Source of the DNA: Phycisphaeraceae bacterium
Lineage (GTDB): Bacteria; Planctomycetota; Phycisphaerae; Phycisphaerales; SM1A02
Assembly: GCA_019636735.1 (NCBI GenBank)
Contig: JAHBWY010000005.1
Location: 28,117 to 92,116, forward strand
Direction: 5' to 3'
Length of the DNA stretch: 64,000 bases
Shown here: one piece after another, positions 9,722 through 19,506 of the stretch
Layout: every line of letters starts with the position of its first letter
Numbering within the stretch: position 1 is the first letter of the stretch
Made by a program: the position numbers and the translations under genes
Notes under the pieces: model-generated
The model's database searches: none
The model's input: the letters and a program-made list of their open reading frames with translations, nothing else
What the model was told of the DNA's origin: nothing

Positions 9722-10141
9722 CTACTCCCGTCTCAAGGGCCTCATTGTAAAGCGTCCGGAGACGGCGGTCTCTGCCGCCGCTCCCTGCCGGATCACGGTG
9801 GCCGATCCCCGAAATCCCGCCGCCGTCTCCCCGGGTTCGCCATCCAGAGTGACCTCAACCCGAAGGCTCTCCCCCGGACGGACCAGGCTGCCGTAGCGCA
9901 TCGCCTTGACCTCTCCAAGGACCCAGGACGGGCACCCCCGGCTTTCGAGCAGCTTGCGGGCGGCCTGCACCATCGCCTCGACCATGAACACTCCGGGGAG
10001 CACCGGGAAACCGGGGAAGTGGTCTCCAAGGTACTCCTCGGCAAGAGTGACATTCTTGAGTGCCACCAGGCGATCCGGAGTTGCCTCGAGCACCGTGTCG
10101 ATGAGCGCGAAGTGCATGCCGTTCGGGGCGGATGGTAGCAA
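9722..10141 (-). CDS. FabZ-like 3-hydroxyacyl-ACP dehydratase
   Basis: FALIDTVLE...VALKNVTLAEEYLGDHFPGFPVLPGVFMVEAMVQAA. An alternative start at the Met at 10117 is possible. Confidence 0.75.
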   Translation of the reverse strand: MLPSAPNGMHFALIDTVLEATPDRLVALKNVTLAEEYLGDHFPGFPVLPGVFMVEAMVQAARKLLESRGCPSWVLGEVKAMRYGSLVRPGESLRVEVTLDGEPGETAAGFRGSATVIRQGAAAETAVSGRFTMRPLRRE

Positions 10142-10216
10142 TGAACGGGGAAGATTGCCGTCGAAGCAACCGACGGCGATTCATCGGCGGAGGCCGCGGT
10201 TTCCGATATTGGAGGC

Positions 10217-13200
10217 ATGGCCAGCAAGACCTCTCGGGCTGTCACGCGCCCCGCCGGTGATCGACTCTCAACCTCCTTCCTGAAGGCCCCCGGGTGGGGA
10301 CGCCGAGTCGGATGGTTGGTACTGGCGGGCGCTTGGACGCTGCTCTTCCTGGCGCTCGCGACCTTCTCGAGCGCCGACTGGCCCTCGCGGTCGGTGGCCA
10401 TGCACAACGATCCGCCCGCGAACCTCCTTGGCGCAACCGGCGCCCTCGTGGCGCATTGGGTCTACATCGCCGCAGGTCCCGGCATCTGGGTCGCGATGGC
10501 GGCGTTCGCGTGGATGCTCGGATTGATCGCGTCGGGTCGAGTGGTCACGCATCCTCTGGTGCGCCTGCTCGGTGTCTCGCTCCTCACCCTCTGTGTGAGT
10601 GCGCTTCTCGGGTGGTGGCTTCCGGTGCTCTCCCCCGTGGTCGGCGCCGAAGGTGGCGTGCTTCCCGCCTATGTCTTTGACGAACTCTCCGTCCGGTTCC
10701 CGCCGCTTGCGGTCGCGGGCCTGCTGCTGCTTGGGTTGCTGGTCGGTGCGATCGTCTCGATGGATGAACTTGTCTTCGCATTTCCCTCGATGGTGCGTCG
10801 CGCGTTCACCCTCTCGGAGCCCCTCACGCGACTCGACTGGAAGCGCCTCGGTGAACACCTTCCGCGCGGTCGTCAGCCGGTTCTTCGGAGCGCTGGCGCC
10901 GTCCTTGATGGCGGCGACATGGAGGGCGCGGTCGTGGTGTCGCCGGTCCTCTCAGGAAGCAAGGTTGCCCGTCGCAAGGTGAACGATCGCGATCTTGAAG
11001 TGGCCGACATGCTCGCGCGATCGGCGCGCGGCGGCGCGACGCTCGCGGATCACGACGAGGAAGAGACGCTCGACACTCCTTCGCGCTCGGCGCGCGGTGG
11101 GCGCGCTGGCGCCGTGGCCGATCATGAGGATGACGCCGAGGCCATCGATGAGCGCGGCGATGACCATGATGGCGAAGACGGCGAGTTCGACAGCGAGTTC
11201 GATGCCGAGGCGCGCAACCTCACGGCGGCTGAAGACTCCGAAGAGGATGATGACGCTGATGAGTCGCCCGCCGACGAGACCGACTCGGCGGAGGACGAGG
11301 GCGACGACGGGGTCGCGGACCACACCGCTGGCACCGAGACCAGCGCGGCGGCGAAGGAGACGCCCAAGCAGCTCAGCGCCGAAGAGCTTCGCGCACGCAT
11401 CTCGAAGCTGCCCGTGCGCATGGCGAACCGCCGCGTCGAACAGGCGCGCGAAGAGGACATTCCGCGCGCAGTCGATTACAGCGGCTATCAGTTCCCGCCG
11501 CTTGAGATGCTCGAAGACCCCGAGGGGAACTTCTCCGAGACGATGGAAGCCTTCGTACGCGATCAGGCGCAGGTCCTGACCGAGGCGCTGCGCACCTATC
11601 AGATCGACGGCGAGGTCGTGGGCATCGAGAGCGGTCCGGTGGTGACGCTCTACTCCGTGGAGCTCGCACCAGGCACGCGCGTGATGCGCCTCGAGACGAT
11701 CTCCAAGGACATCGCGCGATCGCTCCAGGCGCCCAACATCCGCATCATTCCCAACATGGTCGGTCGCACGGCCGTGGGCATCGAGGTTCCCAACCGGCAG
11801 AAGGAGCGCGTCCGGCTGAAGGAGCTCATGTCGGGCGGCCAGGCGCAGAGCATGGTGCTTCCCATGTTCCTCGGCAAGGACTCCGCCGGCGAGCCGATGG
11901 TGGTCGACCTGACGCGCATGCCACACATGCTCATTGCCGGCACCACCGGCAGCGGCAAGAGCGTCTGCATGAACACCATCATCATGGGATGGCTCTACAC
12001 CAAGCGTCCCGACGAACTGAAGATGGTCCTCGTCGATCCGAAGATGGTCGAGATGAGCCAGTTCTCCGACATTCCGCACCTCATGTGCCCGGTCGTCACC
12101 GACATGAGCAAGGCGGCGGGCATCCTCGAGTGGGCCGTCGAGAAGATGGAGGAGCGCTACGAGCTCCTCAAGGATGCCGGCGTGCGCGACATTCGCTCCT
12201 ACAACGACCTTGGCGAGGAGGAGCTGATTGTTCGTTTCAATCCGCAGAATGATCTCGAACGGGCGAAGATCCCCAAGAAGCTACCCTACCTCGTCTTCGT
12301 GATCGACGAGCTCGCCGATCTGATGATGACCAACAAGGAGGTCGAGCACTCGATCGTCCGCATCGCGCAGAAGGCGCGGGCGGTCGGAATCCACCTGATC
12401 GTGGCGACGCAGCGCCCCCAGGCGAATGTCGTGACCGGCCTCATCAAGAGCAACATGCCCTGCCGCATCAGCTTCAAGGTGGCCAGCGGCATGGATTCGC
12501 GCATCGTGCTCGACCAGAAGGGCGCGGAGCTGCTGCTCGGGCAGGGCGACATGCTCGTCCTCACGCCGAGCTCGAGCGAGCTGCGCCGCGCTCAGGGCAC
12601 GCTCGTGACCGATGGCGAAACGCGAAGCGTCGCGCGTTTCCTGAAGCAGGTCGCGGCACCATCCTTCGAGCGGCAGCTCATCGCGATTCGAGGCCCCGGC
12701 GCTCGCGGCGGCGAAGTGAGCGAGGGCGATGGCGGCGACCCCGGCATGATGGAGCGCGATCCGCTCTTCGACAAGGCCGTCGAAGTCATGATCGAGAGCG
12801 GCCGCGGCAGCGTGAGCCTGCTCCAGCGGCGGCTCGCCATCGGCTATGGCCGTGCCAGCCGGCTCGTCGACCAGATGGGCATGGCGGGCATCCTCAGCGA
12901 TCACAAGGGTTCGGTGGCGCGCGAAGTGCTCATCACCCTTGAGGACTGGCAGCGCATGAAGGCCATGGAGGCCGAGGATCTCGCCGAGGCGGAGGAGGTC
13001 GATCCGATTCCGCCGAGCCAGCGCGAAGCTCGTGCCGCAGCCGACGCAGGCCGGGGCTCGCCTGCGACCTCGACCGCGCGCAGCGCGCATGGCAACGAAG
13101 CCGATGAGGATGACGAGTCCGATGAGCCCGACGACTCGGACGACACCGACGAGCGTCATGTTCGCACAGGCGGCGCTGACGCCAAGTCACTCGCCACGGG

Positions 13201-13279
13201 TGATCTTGAGTATGTCGAGGGCGAAGAGGATGACCACTCCGGCGTCCCCGATGAGTTCGACGGCGAGTTCCGCCAGTAG
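10217..13279 (+). CDS. ftsK: DNA translocase FtsK/SpoIIIE
   Basis: N-terminal TM helices, a long acidic linker, Walker A GTTGSGKS, motor-domain motifs (VIDELADLMM, ATQRP) and a gamma/winged-helix domain (SVSLLQRRLAIGYGRASRLVDQM). An extra acidic tail of about 110 aa follows. Confidence 0.95.
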   Translation: MASKTSRAVTRPAGDRLSTSFLKAPGWGRRVGWLVLAGAWTLLFLALATFSSADWPSRSVAMHNDPPANLLGATGALVAHWVYIAAGPGIWVAMAAFAWMLGLIASGRVVTHPLVRLLGVSLLTLCVSALLGWWLPVLSPVVGAEGGVLPAYVFDELSVRFPPLAVAGLLLLGLLVGAIVSMDELVFAFPSMVRRAFTLSEPLTRLDWKRLGEHLPRGRQPVLRSAGAVLDGGDMEGAVVVSPVLSGSKVARRKVNDRDLEVADMLARSARGGATLADHDEEETLDTPSRSARGGRAGAVADHEDDAEAIDERGDDHDGEDGEFDSEFDAEARNLTAAEDSEEDDDADESPADETDSAEDEGDDGVADHTAGTETSAAAKETPKQLSAEELRARISKLPVRMANRRVEQAREEDIPRAVDYSGYQFPPLEMLEDPEGNFSETMEAFVRDQAQVLTEALRTYQIDGEVVGIESGPVVTLYSVELAPGTRVMRLETISKDIARSLQAPNIRIIPNMVGRTAVGIEVPNRQKERVRLKELMSGGQAQSMVLPMFLGKDSAGEPMVVDLTRMPHMLIAGTTGSGKSVCMNTIIMGWLYTKRPDELKMVLVDPKMVEMSQFSDIPHLMCPVVTDMSKAAGILEWAVEKMEERYELLKDAGVRDIRSYNDLGEEELIVRFNPQNDLERAKIPKKLPYLVFVIDELADLMMTNKEVEHSIVRIAQKARAVGIHLIVATQRPQANVVTGLIKSNMPCRISFKVASGMDSRIVLDQKGAELLLGQGDMLVLTPSSSELRRAQGTLVTDGETRSVARFLKQVAAPSFERQLIAIRGPGARGGEVSEGDGGDPGMMERDPLFDKAVEVMIESGRGSVSLLQRRLAIGYGRASRLVDQMGMAGILSDHKGSVAREVLITLEDWQRMKAMEAEDLAEAEEVDPIPPSQREARAAADAGRGSPATSTARSAHGNEADEDDESDEPDDSDDTDERHVRTGGADAKSLATGDLEYVEGEEDDHSGVPDEFDGEFRQ

Positions 13280-13328
13280 TCCGGTCAGTCTCGGCGCGTG
13301 GACCTCGCAGCGAGCGTCGGGCCGGGGC

Positions 13329-15062
13329 TCATCGGCGGGGCAGTGAGCTTGGCAGCGAGAAGGTGTCCTCGGAGAGATACCACTCCGGCTTCGGTACGCC
13401 CTCGTACTCGATGACGGCGAGCATGCCCGCTGCCTCGTGCCAAGTGATGTGACAGTGCATCATCCAGAGGCCGGGATTGTCGGCATCGAACTGCACCTTC
13501 ACAGTGGTGCCCGGCATGACGAGGATGGTGTCGCGCATGGCGCCATCAATCTTCCGACCATCGATCTCGACGACCTGGAAGACATGCCCGTGCAGATGCA
13601 TCGGGTGGGACATCATCGTCCGGTTGGTGAACACCATCTCCACACGCTCACCCTCCTTCACGGAGAAGCGGGGCCCGTCCGGCCATCGGCCTCCGCTGAG
13701 ATTCCACTCGTATCCCGCCATGCGACCGTCGAGCGTCACATCAAGCGTTCGGTCGACTTCGCGGGGCGACAGTCGACGCAGCGGTCGAAGCAATCGCTCC
13801 TGCCGGTAGCCGACACCGATGGCTCCGGAGGGCTTCGTTGCCTGCGGCGGGAGTTGCGGGATCGCCGCCCCCGGCGTGGCCAGGACGATGGCCGCAACAA
13901 GCGTGGATCCTTCTCCCTGCGCCAGGACCGGCACGGCGGCTTCCCGCTCGGGCATTCGCAGCAGAACATCCATGCGCTGCGCAATCGCCAGCTCCGCCGA
14001 TTCAATCGGCAGCGGCTCGATCGGCTCACCGTCGACCGCCACGAGCGTGCCGGTCAGACCTCCGAAGCAAGCGGTGAAGTTCGTTGAAGAGGAGGCATTG
14101 ATGAGTCTGAGTCGCACCAGATAGCCCGGCGCGGCGCGCACGACTTCCGCGTTCGAGATGGGCCGACCATTGGCGAGCACCGCGTCGTAGTCCACATCGT
14201 TGAGATCGGGGGCGGGCTTCGACGCTTCGCCCGAAGCGCCGTGCTCCATGCCCTTCATCTCCTTCATGTCCTTCATGTCATCGCCCGGCGCCGCAGGTTC
14301 CTTCGCCCCAGGCAACGGCGCGACCCCGCTCATCGACTTGGCTCGCAACTCGGCGAAGACCTCGGGTGGGCTGCGTAAGAGGAGATCCGTGAGCATCATC
14401 ACCACATCCTGCGCTGCCTCGATCGCCTCGACGACGCTATCCCCCTTGCCCTCACCCTCTGATTCATGCCCATCCGCGCTCGCCGGCGACCGAGCGATCC
14501 GGGCCGACCGCGGCTCGATCACGATCGGCACCGCCAGTTGATCCTGCAACTGCCAGCCGTAATGGGAATGGAAGAAGTAGGAGCCGCTCTGCACGGGCAC
14601 GAAGTCGTAGATGAGGGTGCCGCCCGGAGGAACAGGGAGCTGCGTGACGAACGGCACTCCATCCTGCGCGTTTGGCAGGATCAGCCCATGCGGATGCATG
14701 CTCGTGGGCAGGCTCGACTCATTCACCAGCTCGATGCGAAGCCGATCTCCCTCGCGGGCGCGAATCACCCGTTCGCCAGCGTCGAGTATCACCTTGAAGA
14801 CGGGCGTCGTTCGGCCGTTGATCTCAAGCTCGCCCTCACGGATCACCATGCGCTGGGTCGACTCCGCTCGCGTGTTGTTCGGCGGGTCGGGGAGAGTCGC
14901 GGACAGCGCGGATGCCGAGGGCGCCGCGAGAGTCATGAGAACTCCGAGTGCCGTGGCCGACACGAGCGCTGCCGGAGATGGAGAAGAAGCGCTCCCCGCG
15001 AACACGCTCCGCAGGCAAGCATCATGATCAGGGCCGAACGCACGCTTGAGTGATCGGTGCAT
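13329..15062 (-). CDS. Multicopper oxidase (CopA-like)
   Basis: Copper-ligand motifs MHPHGL, FFHSHYG, HPMHLHGH and HCHITWHEAAGM; Met-rich insert DMKDMKEMKGMEHG. Confidence 0.9.
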   Translation of the reverse strand: MHRSLKRAFGPDHDACLRSVFAGSASSPSPAALVSATALGVLMTLAAPSASALSATLPDPPNNTRAESTQRMVIREGELEINGRTTPVFKVILDAGERVIRAREGDRLRIELVNESSLPTSMHPHGLILPNAQDGVPFVTQLPVPPGGTLIYDFVPVQSGSYFFHSHYGWQLQDQLAVPIVIEPRSARIARSPASADGHESEGEGKGDSVVEAIEAAQDVVMMLTDLLLRSPPEVFAELRAKSMSGVAPLPGAKEPAAPGDDMKDMKEMKGMEHGASGEASKPAPDLNDVDYDAVLANGRPISNAEVVRAAPGYLVRLRLINASSSTNFTACFGGLTGTLVAVDGEPIEPLPIESAELAIAQRMDVLLRMPEREAAVPVLAQGEGSTLVAAIVLATPGAAIPQLPPQATKPSGAIGVGYRQERLLRPLRRLSPREVDRTLDVTLDGRMAGYEWNLSGGRWPDGPRFSVKEGERVEMVFTNRTMMSHPMHLHGHVFQVVEIDGRKIDGAMRDTILVMPGTTVKVQFDADNPGLWMMHCHITWHEAAGMLAVIEYEGVPKPEWYLSEDTFSLPSSLPRR

Positions 15063-15202
15063 CGGTGCAGCGTAAACCCTCGGGCCGTCGAGCGAGGGCG
15101 CCCGGCCGCTCTACCGCCTATGACTCGGCGGCGAGTGGCAGGCATGGAGCAACGCCCGGCTCCGCCACGATGTCGGCCCCTGGTTGCTAGCATCGTCGGC
15201 CG

Positions 15203-16531
15203 GTGAGCGCCGACGCGACCAGCCCGAATGCTCCCGCCGCACCTCCGAGCGAGCCGTCAATCAACGCGCCTGAACTGCTCGAGTTCATGGTTCGACTGGC
15301 GCAGGCCTATCTCGCCTGCGGTGAGCAGACGGCCCAGGTTGAACTCTCGCTGCGGCGCGTCGCCTCGGCGATGGGAGTGCGACGATCGCGCGTGGTCGCC
15401 TTCCCGACCGCCATCTTCATCTCGCTGCACGCCCCTGATCGCGAGCATGTCACGATCGCCGAAGGGCCGATCCAGATGCTGCGCCTTGATCAGATCGGAC
15501 AGGTGTACAGCCTCGGGACCGAGGCGCAGCGCGCCGGCGCGCTGACGCCTACTGAAGGCTTTCGTCGGCTCAACGAGGTCCTGCGGCAGACTCCCCGCTT
15601 CGGCGCCGTCGGCTCCGTCGCGGGTCACACGGTCCTCGCCGCGGGACTTGCGATTGTCCTGGGCTCATCGATCGAGAACCTGATTGCCGCGAGCGGTCTC
15701 GGGCTCATCATCGGCCTGCTCAAGGTGGCCAATCGCAATCGACCGATTCTCGCCGCGCCGCTGCCGGTCGTAGCCGCCGCGATCGTCTCGGCGATCGTCT
15801 ACTTCGCGATGGGTCGCGGTTACGACATCGACCCGCTGCATGCGCTCATTCCACCGCTCATCACCTTCCTCCCCGGAGCCATGCTCACCTTCGGAATGAT
15901 CGAGCTGGCCTATGGCGACATGGTGAGCGGATCGAGCCGTCTGTTGACAGGCGCGGTTCAACTTGTGCTGCTCGCATTCGGGTTGGCCGCGGGCGCCATT
16001 CTTGTCGGAGTTACCGCCGAGCAGATGCTGCTTGACACGCAGGAGTGGATCGCTCCGGCGTGGCTGCCATGGCTGGGAGTGGCGGTCTTCATCGTCGGCG
16101 TCTGTATTCACTTCTCAGCGCCTGCCCGGGCGCTGCCTTGGATGCTGCTCGTCGCGCTCCTGACCTTCGCGACGCAGCGGCTCGCGGCCACCACCATCTC
16201 CCCAGTCACGAGCGGCTTCTTCGGCATGCTGGTCGCAACGCCTGTCGGCTACCTGATCCAGCAACGCTTCCGCGGGCCGCCGTCGATGGTGACCTTCCTG
16301 CCGAGCTTCTGGCTCCTGGTGCCGGGGTCGCTAAGCCTGATGAGCGTCACGCGACTGCTCAGCGATCGCCCCGCCGGATTCGATGGACTCGCCGACGCGA
16401 CCTTCGCCATCGTCTCGATTGCGCTAGGCACGCTTGTTGGCGCATCGCTCTACAAGTGGCTGACCGACCAGTTCGGCTGGTGGCAGCTCCGGGTCGGGCG
16501 CGTTGGCCGACTGTTCGGGCGCGGACAATGA
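15203..16531 (+). CDS. Threonine/serine exporter family protein (ThrE; DUF1212+DUF3815-like)
   Basis: N-terminal domain ...LAQAYLACGEQTAQVELSLRRVASAMG... followed by about 10 hydrophobic helices. GTG start as given by the ORF track. Confidence 0.7.
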   Translation: MSADATSPNAPAAPPSEPSINAPELLEFMVRLAQAYLACGEQTAQVELSLRRVASAMGVRRSRVVAFPTAIFISLHAPDREHVTIAEGPIQMLRLDQIGQVYSLGTEAQRAGALTPTEGFRRLNEVLRQTPRFGAVGSVAGHTVLAAGLAIVLGSSIENLIAASGLGLIIGLLKVANRNRPILAAPLPVVAAAIVSAIVYFAMGRGYDIDPLHALIPPLITFLPGAMLTFGMIELAYGDMVSGSSRLLTGAVQLVLLAFGLAAGAILVGVTAEQMLLDTQEWIAPAWLPWLGVAVFIVGVCIHFSAPARALPWMLLVALLTFATQRLAATTISPVTSGFFGMLVATPVGYLIQQRFRGPPSMVTFLPSFWLLVPGSLSLMSVTRLLSDRPAGFDGLADATFAIVSIALGTLVGASLYKWLTDQFGWWQLRVGRVGRLFGRGQ

Positions 16532-16602
16532 GCGAATCGCATCGGCGCGCTGGTCGCCGTGCGTCGGTTCTGACGAGTGCGTGAACTGCCAGCGAGCGTC
16601 GC

Positions 16603-17805
16603 TCACTCGTCCAGCGTCGCGATCGTGACGGCCAACTCGCAGCCACGGATGAACTCGGGGATGTCCACCCACTCCTTGACGGTGTGGATCTCATGCTGAC
16701 CCGCGCCGAAGGTGACGGTGGAAAGCCCGTGACGGACAAACCAGTTGGCATCGAGACCGCCATTGGAGAAGAGCAGCTTCGGTGTCGCTCCAGTCGCCTT
16801 CACGGCTCGCATCGCTTGCTGGACGGCGGCGTCACTCTTGGGGAGTTCGAACGGCGGATACTCCGCCTTGCCCTTGAAGACCACCTTGGCTCGGCCACCG
16901 CTCGAATCCTTCACCGTCCGACCAGCCAGCTCGAAGGCCTTCTTGTACGCCGCAGTAATCTCGGCGGCGAACTTGGCATCGCGGCTTCGCGTCTCCCCGC
17001 GCACGAAGACATAGTCGGTGACGACATTGGTCGCATCACCTGCAGCCTTGCGATCGTGTCCGGCAAAGATGCCGGCGTTGCTCGTTCCCGCGCGACGACC
17101 CTTGACCACCTTGCCCCACCAGCCCCCGCGGTGCGCTTCGGCGAGGGCGATCGAGGCCACAAGCATCGATGAGATGCCCTTCTCCGGGGCCACGCCCGCG
17201 TGCGCTGCCTTGCCGTGAATCTCGACCTCCCAGCTCTGGGCTCCGACCGCGCCGGTGATCAGCTCGTGGGCGTACTTGGCATCGACATTGAAGCACTTCT
17301 TGGCGCCGCCGAGCTTCTTCGGATCCATGTACTTCGCGCCCTGCAGACCGCTCTCCTCGCGCACGGTGAAGAGCAGCGTGATCGGCGGGTGAGTCAGCTT
17401 CTTGCGAATCAGCGTCTCCGCCAGCGCGACGAGCACCGCGCAGCCGGTTCGATTGTCACCACCGAGCCCCGTCTTCCCCGCGGGCACGATGCGCTGTCCG
17501 CTCTTCTTCGGCTTCGCGCCGCGCACGATCGGAACGACATCCATGTGGGTCGCGAACACGAGGCGCTCGCCATGTCGGGTGCCGGGGAGGTTCACGAAGA
17601 GATTGCCCGTCTGGGTGGGCAACGGGATGCGGCGGTGGGCATCATCGAAGCTGATGGCGGACGCGGGCACGCCGATCGCGCGCAGCCGCTTGATGATGGT
17701 GTCCCCGATGAGCTTCTCCTCACCGCTCTGCCCTTCCACGGCAAGGAGCGCCATGAGATGGGCTTCAGCGGCACGAGCATCGACGAGGGTCTTTGACTTG
17801 GGCAT
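16603..17805 (-). CDS. M20-family metallopeptidase
   Basis: Metal-binding motifs ATHMDVVP, GGDNRTGCAVL and FTVREESGLQGA. It lies immediately downstream of an AbgT transporter, an abg-like arrangement. Confidence 0.8.
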   Translation of the reverse strand: MPKSKTLVDARAAEAHLMALLAVEGQSGEEKLIGDTIIKRLRAIGVPASAISFDDAHRRIPLPTQTGNLFVNLPGTRHGERLVFATHMDVVPIVRGAKPKKSGQRIVPAGKTGLGGDNRTGCAVLVALAETLIRKKLTHPPITLLFTVREESGLQGAKYMDPKKLGGAKKCFNVDAKYAHELITGAVGAQSWEVEIHGKAAHAGVAPEKGISSMLVASIALAEAHRGGWWGKVVKGRRAGTSNAGIFAGHDRKAAGDATNVVTDYVFVRGETRSRDAKFAAEITAAYKKAFELAGRTVKDSSGGRAKVVFKGKAEYPPFELPKSDAAVQQAMRAVKATGATPKLLFSNGGLDANWFVRHGLSTVTFGAGQHEIHTVKEWVDIPEFIRGCELAVTIATLDE

Positions 17806-17943
17806 GTCTTTCTCCGGGCGTGAGTGAACAAGTTGGGCGCTGTGGTCAGTGCGAAGGTTCGAACGCGGCTCAGATCGGGTTGCAGTGAGAATCCACCGCC
17901 GAGGTGGCCATGCAGCGCCGTGGATCAGGACGCTCGCGAGTGA

Positions 17944-19506
17944 TCAGGAGATCCCCCATGGCAGTCCCAGCAGGTGCCAGAGGACGAAGAGGGCTGTCCA
18001 GACGATGAACATCCAGGCGACAAACGGCAGCATCAGCGCCACCACGGTGCCGACTCCCGCCTTCCGGTCATACTTCTGTGCGAAGGTCACAATGAGCGCG
18101 AAGTACGCATTGAGCGGTGTGATCACATTGACCGGCGAGTCGGCGAGGCGATAGGCGCTCAGCACGGCAGCCGGGTCAACATCGAGCTTCATGAGGAGCG
18201 GCACGAAGATGGGCGCAAAGAGCGCCCACTTGGCGATTGCGCCGGTGATCAGCAGATCGAGGAGTGCGACCACCACGATGAAGCCGAGCAACAGCACCAG
18301 CGGCGGCAGCCCCGCATCCTTGAGCAGATTCGAGAGCCCCACCGCCAGCAGCGACGCCATGTTGCTGTAGTTGAAGTAGGCGATGAACTGGCTCAGCACG
18401 AAGAGCAGCAGGAGCAGGCTTCCGAGGGCACCGACCGCTTTCTCCATGGCCTTGATGACCTCGGTCGCAGACTTCATGGTGCCGGCTCCCACGCCGTAAC
18501 ACGCGCCGACGACCAGGAAGACCACCATGATGAACGCGATCAGACCATTCATGAAGGGCGAGTTGCCGATCAGGGATCCGGTCTCTGGGTCCCGCAGTGG
18601 TGCGCCCGGCCACGCAGAGAGCGCCACGAAGAAGGCGATCGACGCCAGCAGCCCCACGAAGGCAAATCGCAGGCCGCGAGGCTCATTCCCGGCGTCACCG
18701 GGCTTGCCCGTCTCGGCGCCGCCGGGAACTTCCGGATCGGCGTCCTCGGGCTTGTACTTCCCAAGCCGAGGCTCGATGACGCGCTGCGTGATGAAGGTGA
18801 TCAGCAGCGTGAGCACGATCACCGACGCGATCGAGAACCAGAGCGTGGCGGCGAGACCGATCTCCTTCGATGGATCGACCACCCGGATGGCGTCGTTCGT
18901 GAACTCGGTGAGGATCGCATCGAGCGGCTTGATGAGCATGTTGACGGTGAATGCACCCGCTACGGCCGCGAAGCCCGCCGCAAGACCGGCAATCGGATGT
19001 CGACCGACGCTCAGGAAGGCGGTTCCCGCCAGCGGCACCAGCACGAGGTAGCCCGCATCGGCGGCGATGCTCGAGAGGATGCCGACGAACACGAGGATGT
19101 AGGCAAGCGCCGACGCGGGCGACACCGCCACGAGCTTCCGAATGAGCGCACGGATCAGGCCCGACTCCTCCGCCACACCCACGCCGATCATGGCCACGAT
19201 GATCAGGCCGACGGCGGTGAATCCCATGAAGTTGGGAATCATGGCCGCGTACATGAAGCGAATGCCGTCGCTCGAAAGCAGACTCTGCGCGGTGACCGTG
19301 GTCGTGCGAATCTCGTTCGTCTCCTTGTCGATGAACTCCTGGGTCACCGAGACACCGAACAAGGTGAGCAGCGCCGACACGACAACGACCGCGACCGTCA
19401 ATCCCACGAAAAGAAGCACCGGATGGGGCACCTTGTTGCCAACGCGCTCAACGACATCCAGGAAGCGCTGCATGACACCACGGGGCGCCGAGGCGGATTG
19501 ACTCAT
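17944..19506 (-). CDS. AbgT family (p-aminobenzoyl-glutamate/dipeptide-type) transporter
   Basis: N-terminus RFLDVVERVGNKVPHPVLLF is characteristic of AbgT; polytopic, 520 aa. Confidence 0.85.
   Translation of the reverse strand: MSQSASAPRGVMQRFLDVVERVGNKVPHPVLLFVGLTVAVVVVSALLTLFGVSVTQEFIDKETNEIRTTTVTAQSLLSSDGIRFMYAAMIPNFMGFTAVGLIIVAMIGVGVAEESGLIRALIRKLVAVSPASALAYILVFVGILSSIAADAGYLVLVPLAGTAFLSVGRHPIAGLAAGFAAVAGAFTVNMLIKPLDAILTEFTNDAIRVVDPSKEIGLAATLWFSIASVIVLTLLITFITQRVIEPRLGKYKPEDADPEVPGGAETGKPGDAGNEPRGLRFAFVGLLASIAFFVALSAWPGAPLRDPETGSLIGNSPFMNGLIAFIMVVFLVVGACYGVGAGTMKSATEVIKAMEKAVGALGSLLLLLFVLSQFIAYFNYSNMASLLAVGLSNLLKDAGLPPLVLLLGFIVVVALLDLLITGAIAKWALFAPIFVPLLMKLDVDPAAVLSAYRLADSPVNVITPLNAYFALIVTFAQKYDRKAGVGTVVALMLPFVAWMFIVWTALFVLWHLLGLPWGIS

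Noticed and set aside
10952-12079. 375-aa minus-strand ORF inside ftsK
   Set aside because: It is antisense to unmistakable FtsK motor motifs, and its sequence is low-complexity (H/R/L/A/G-rich).
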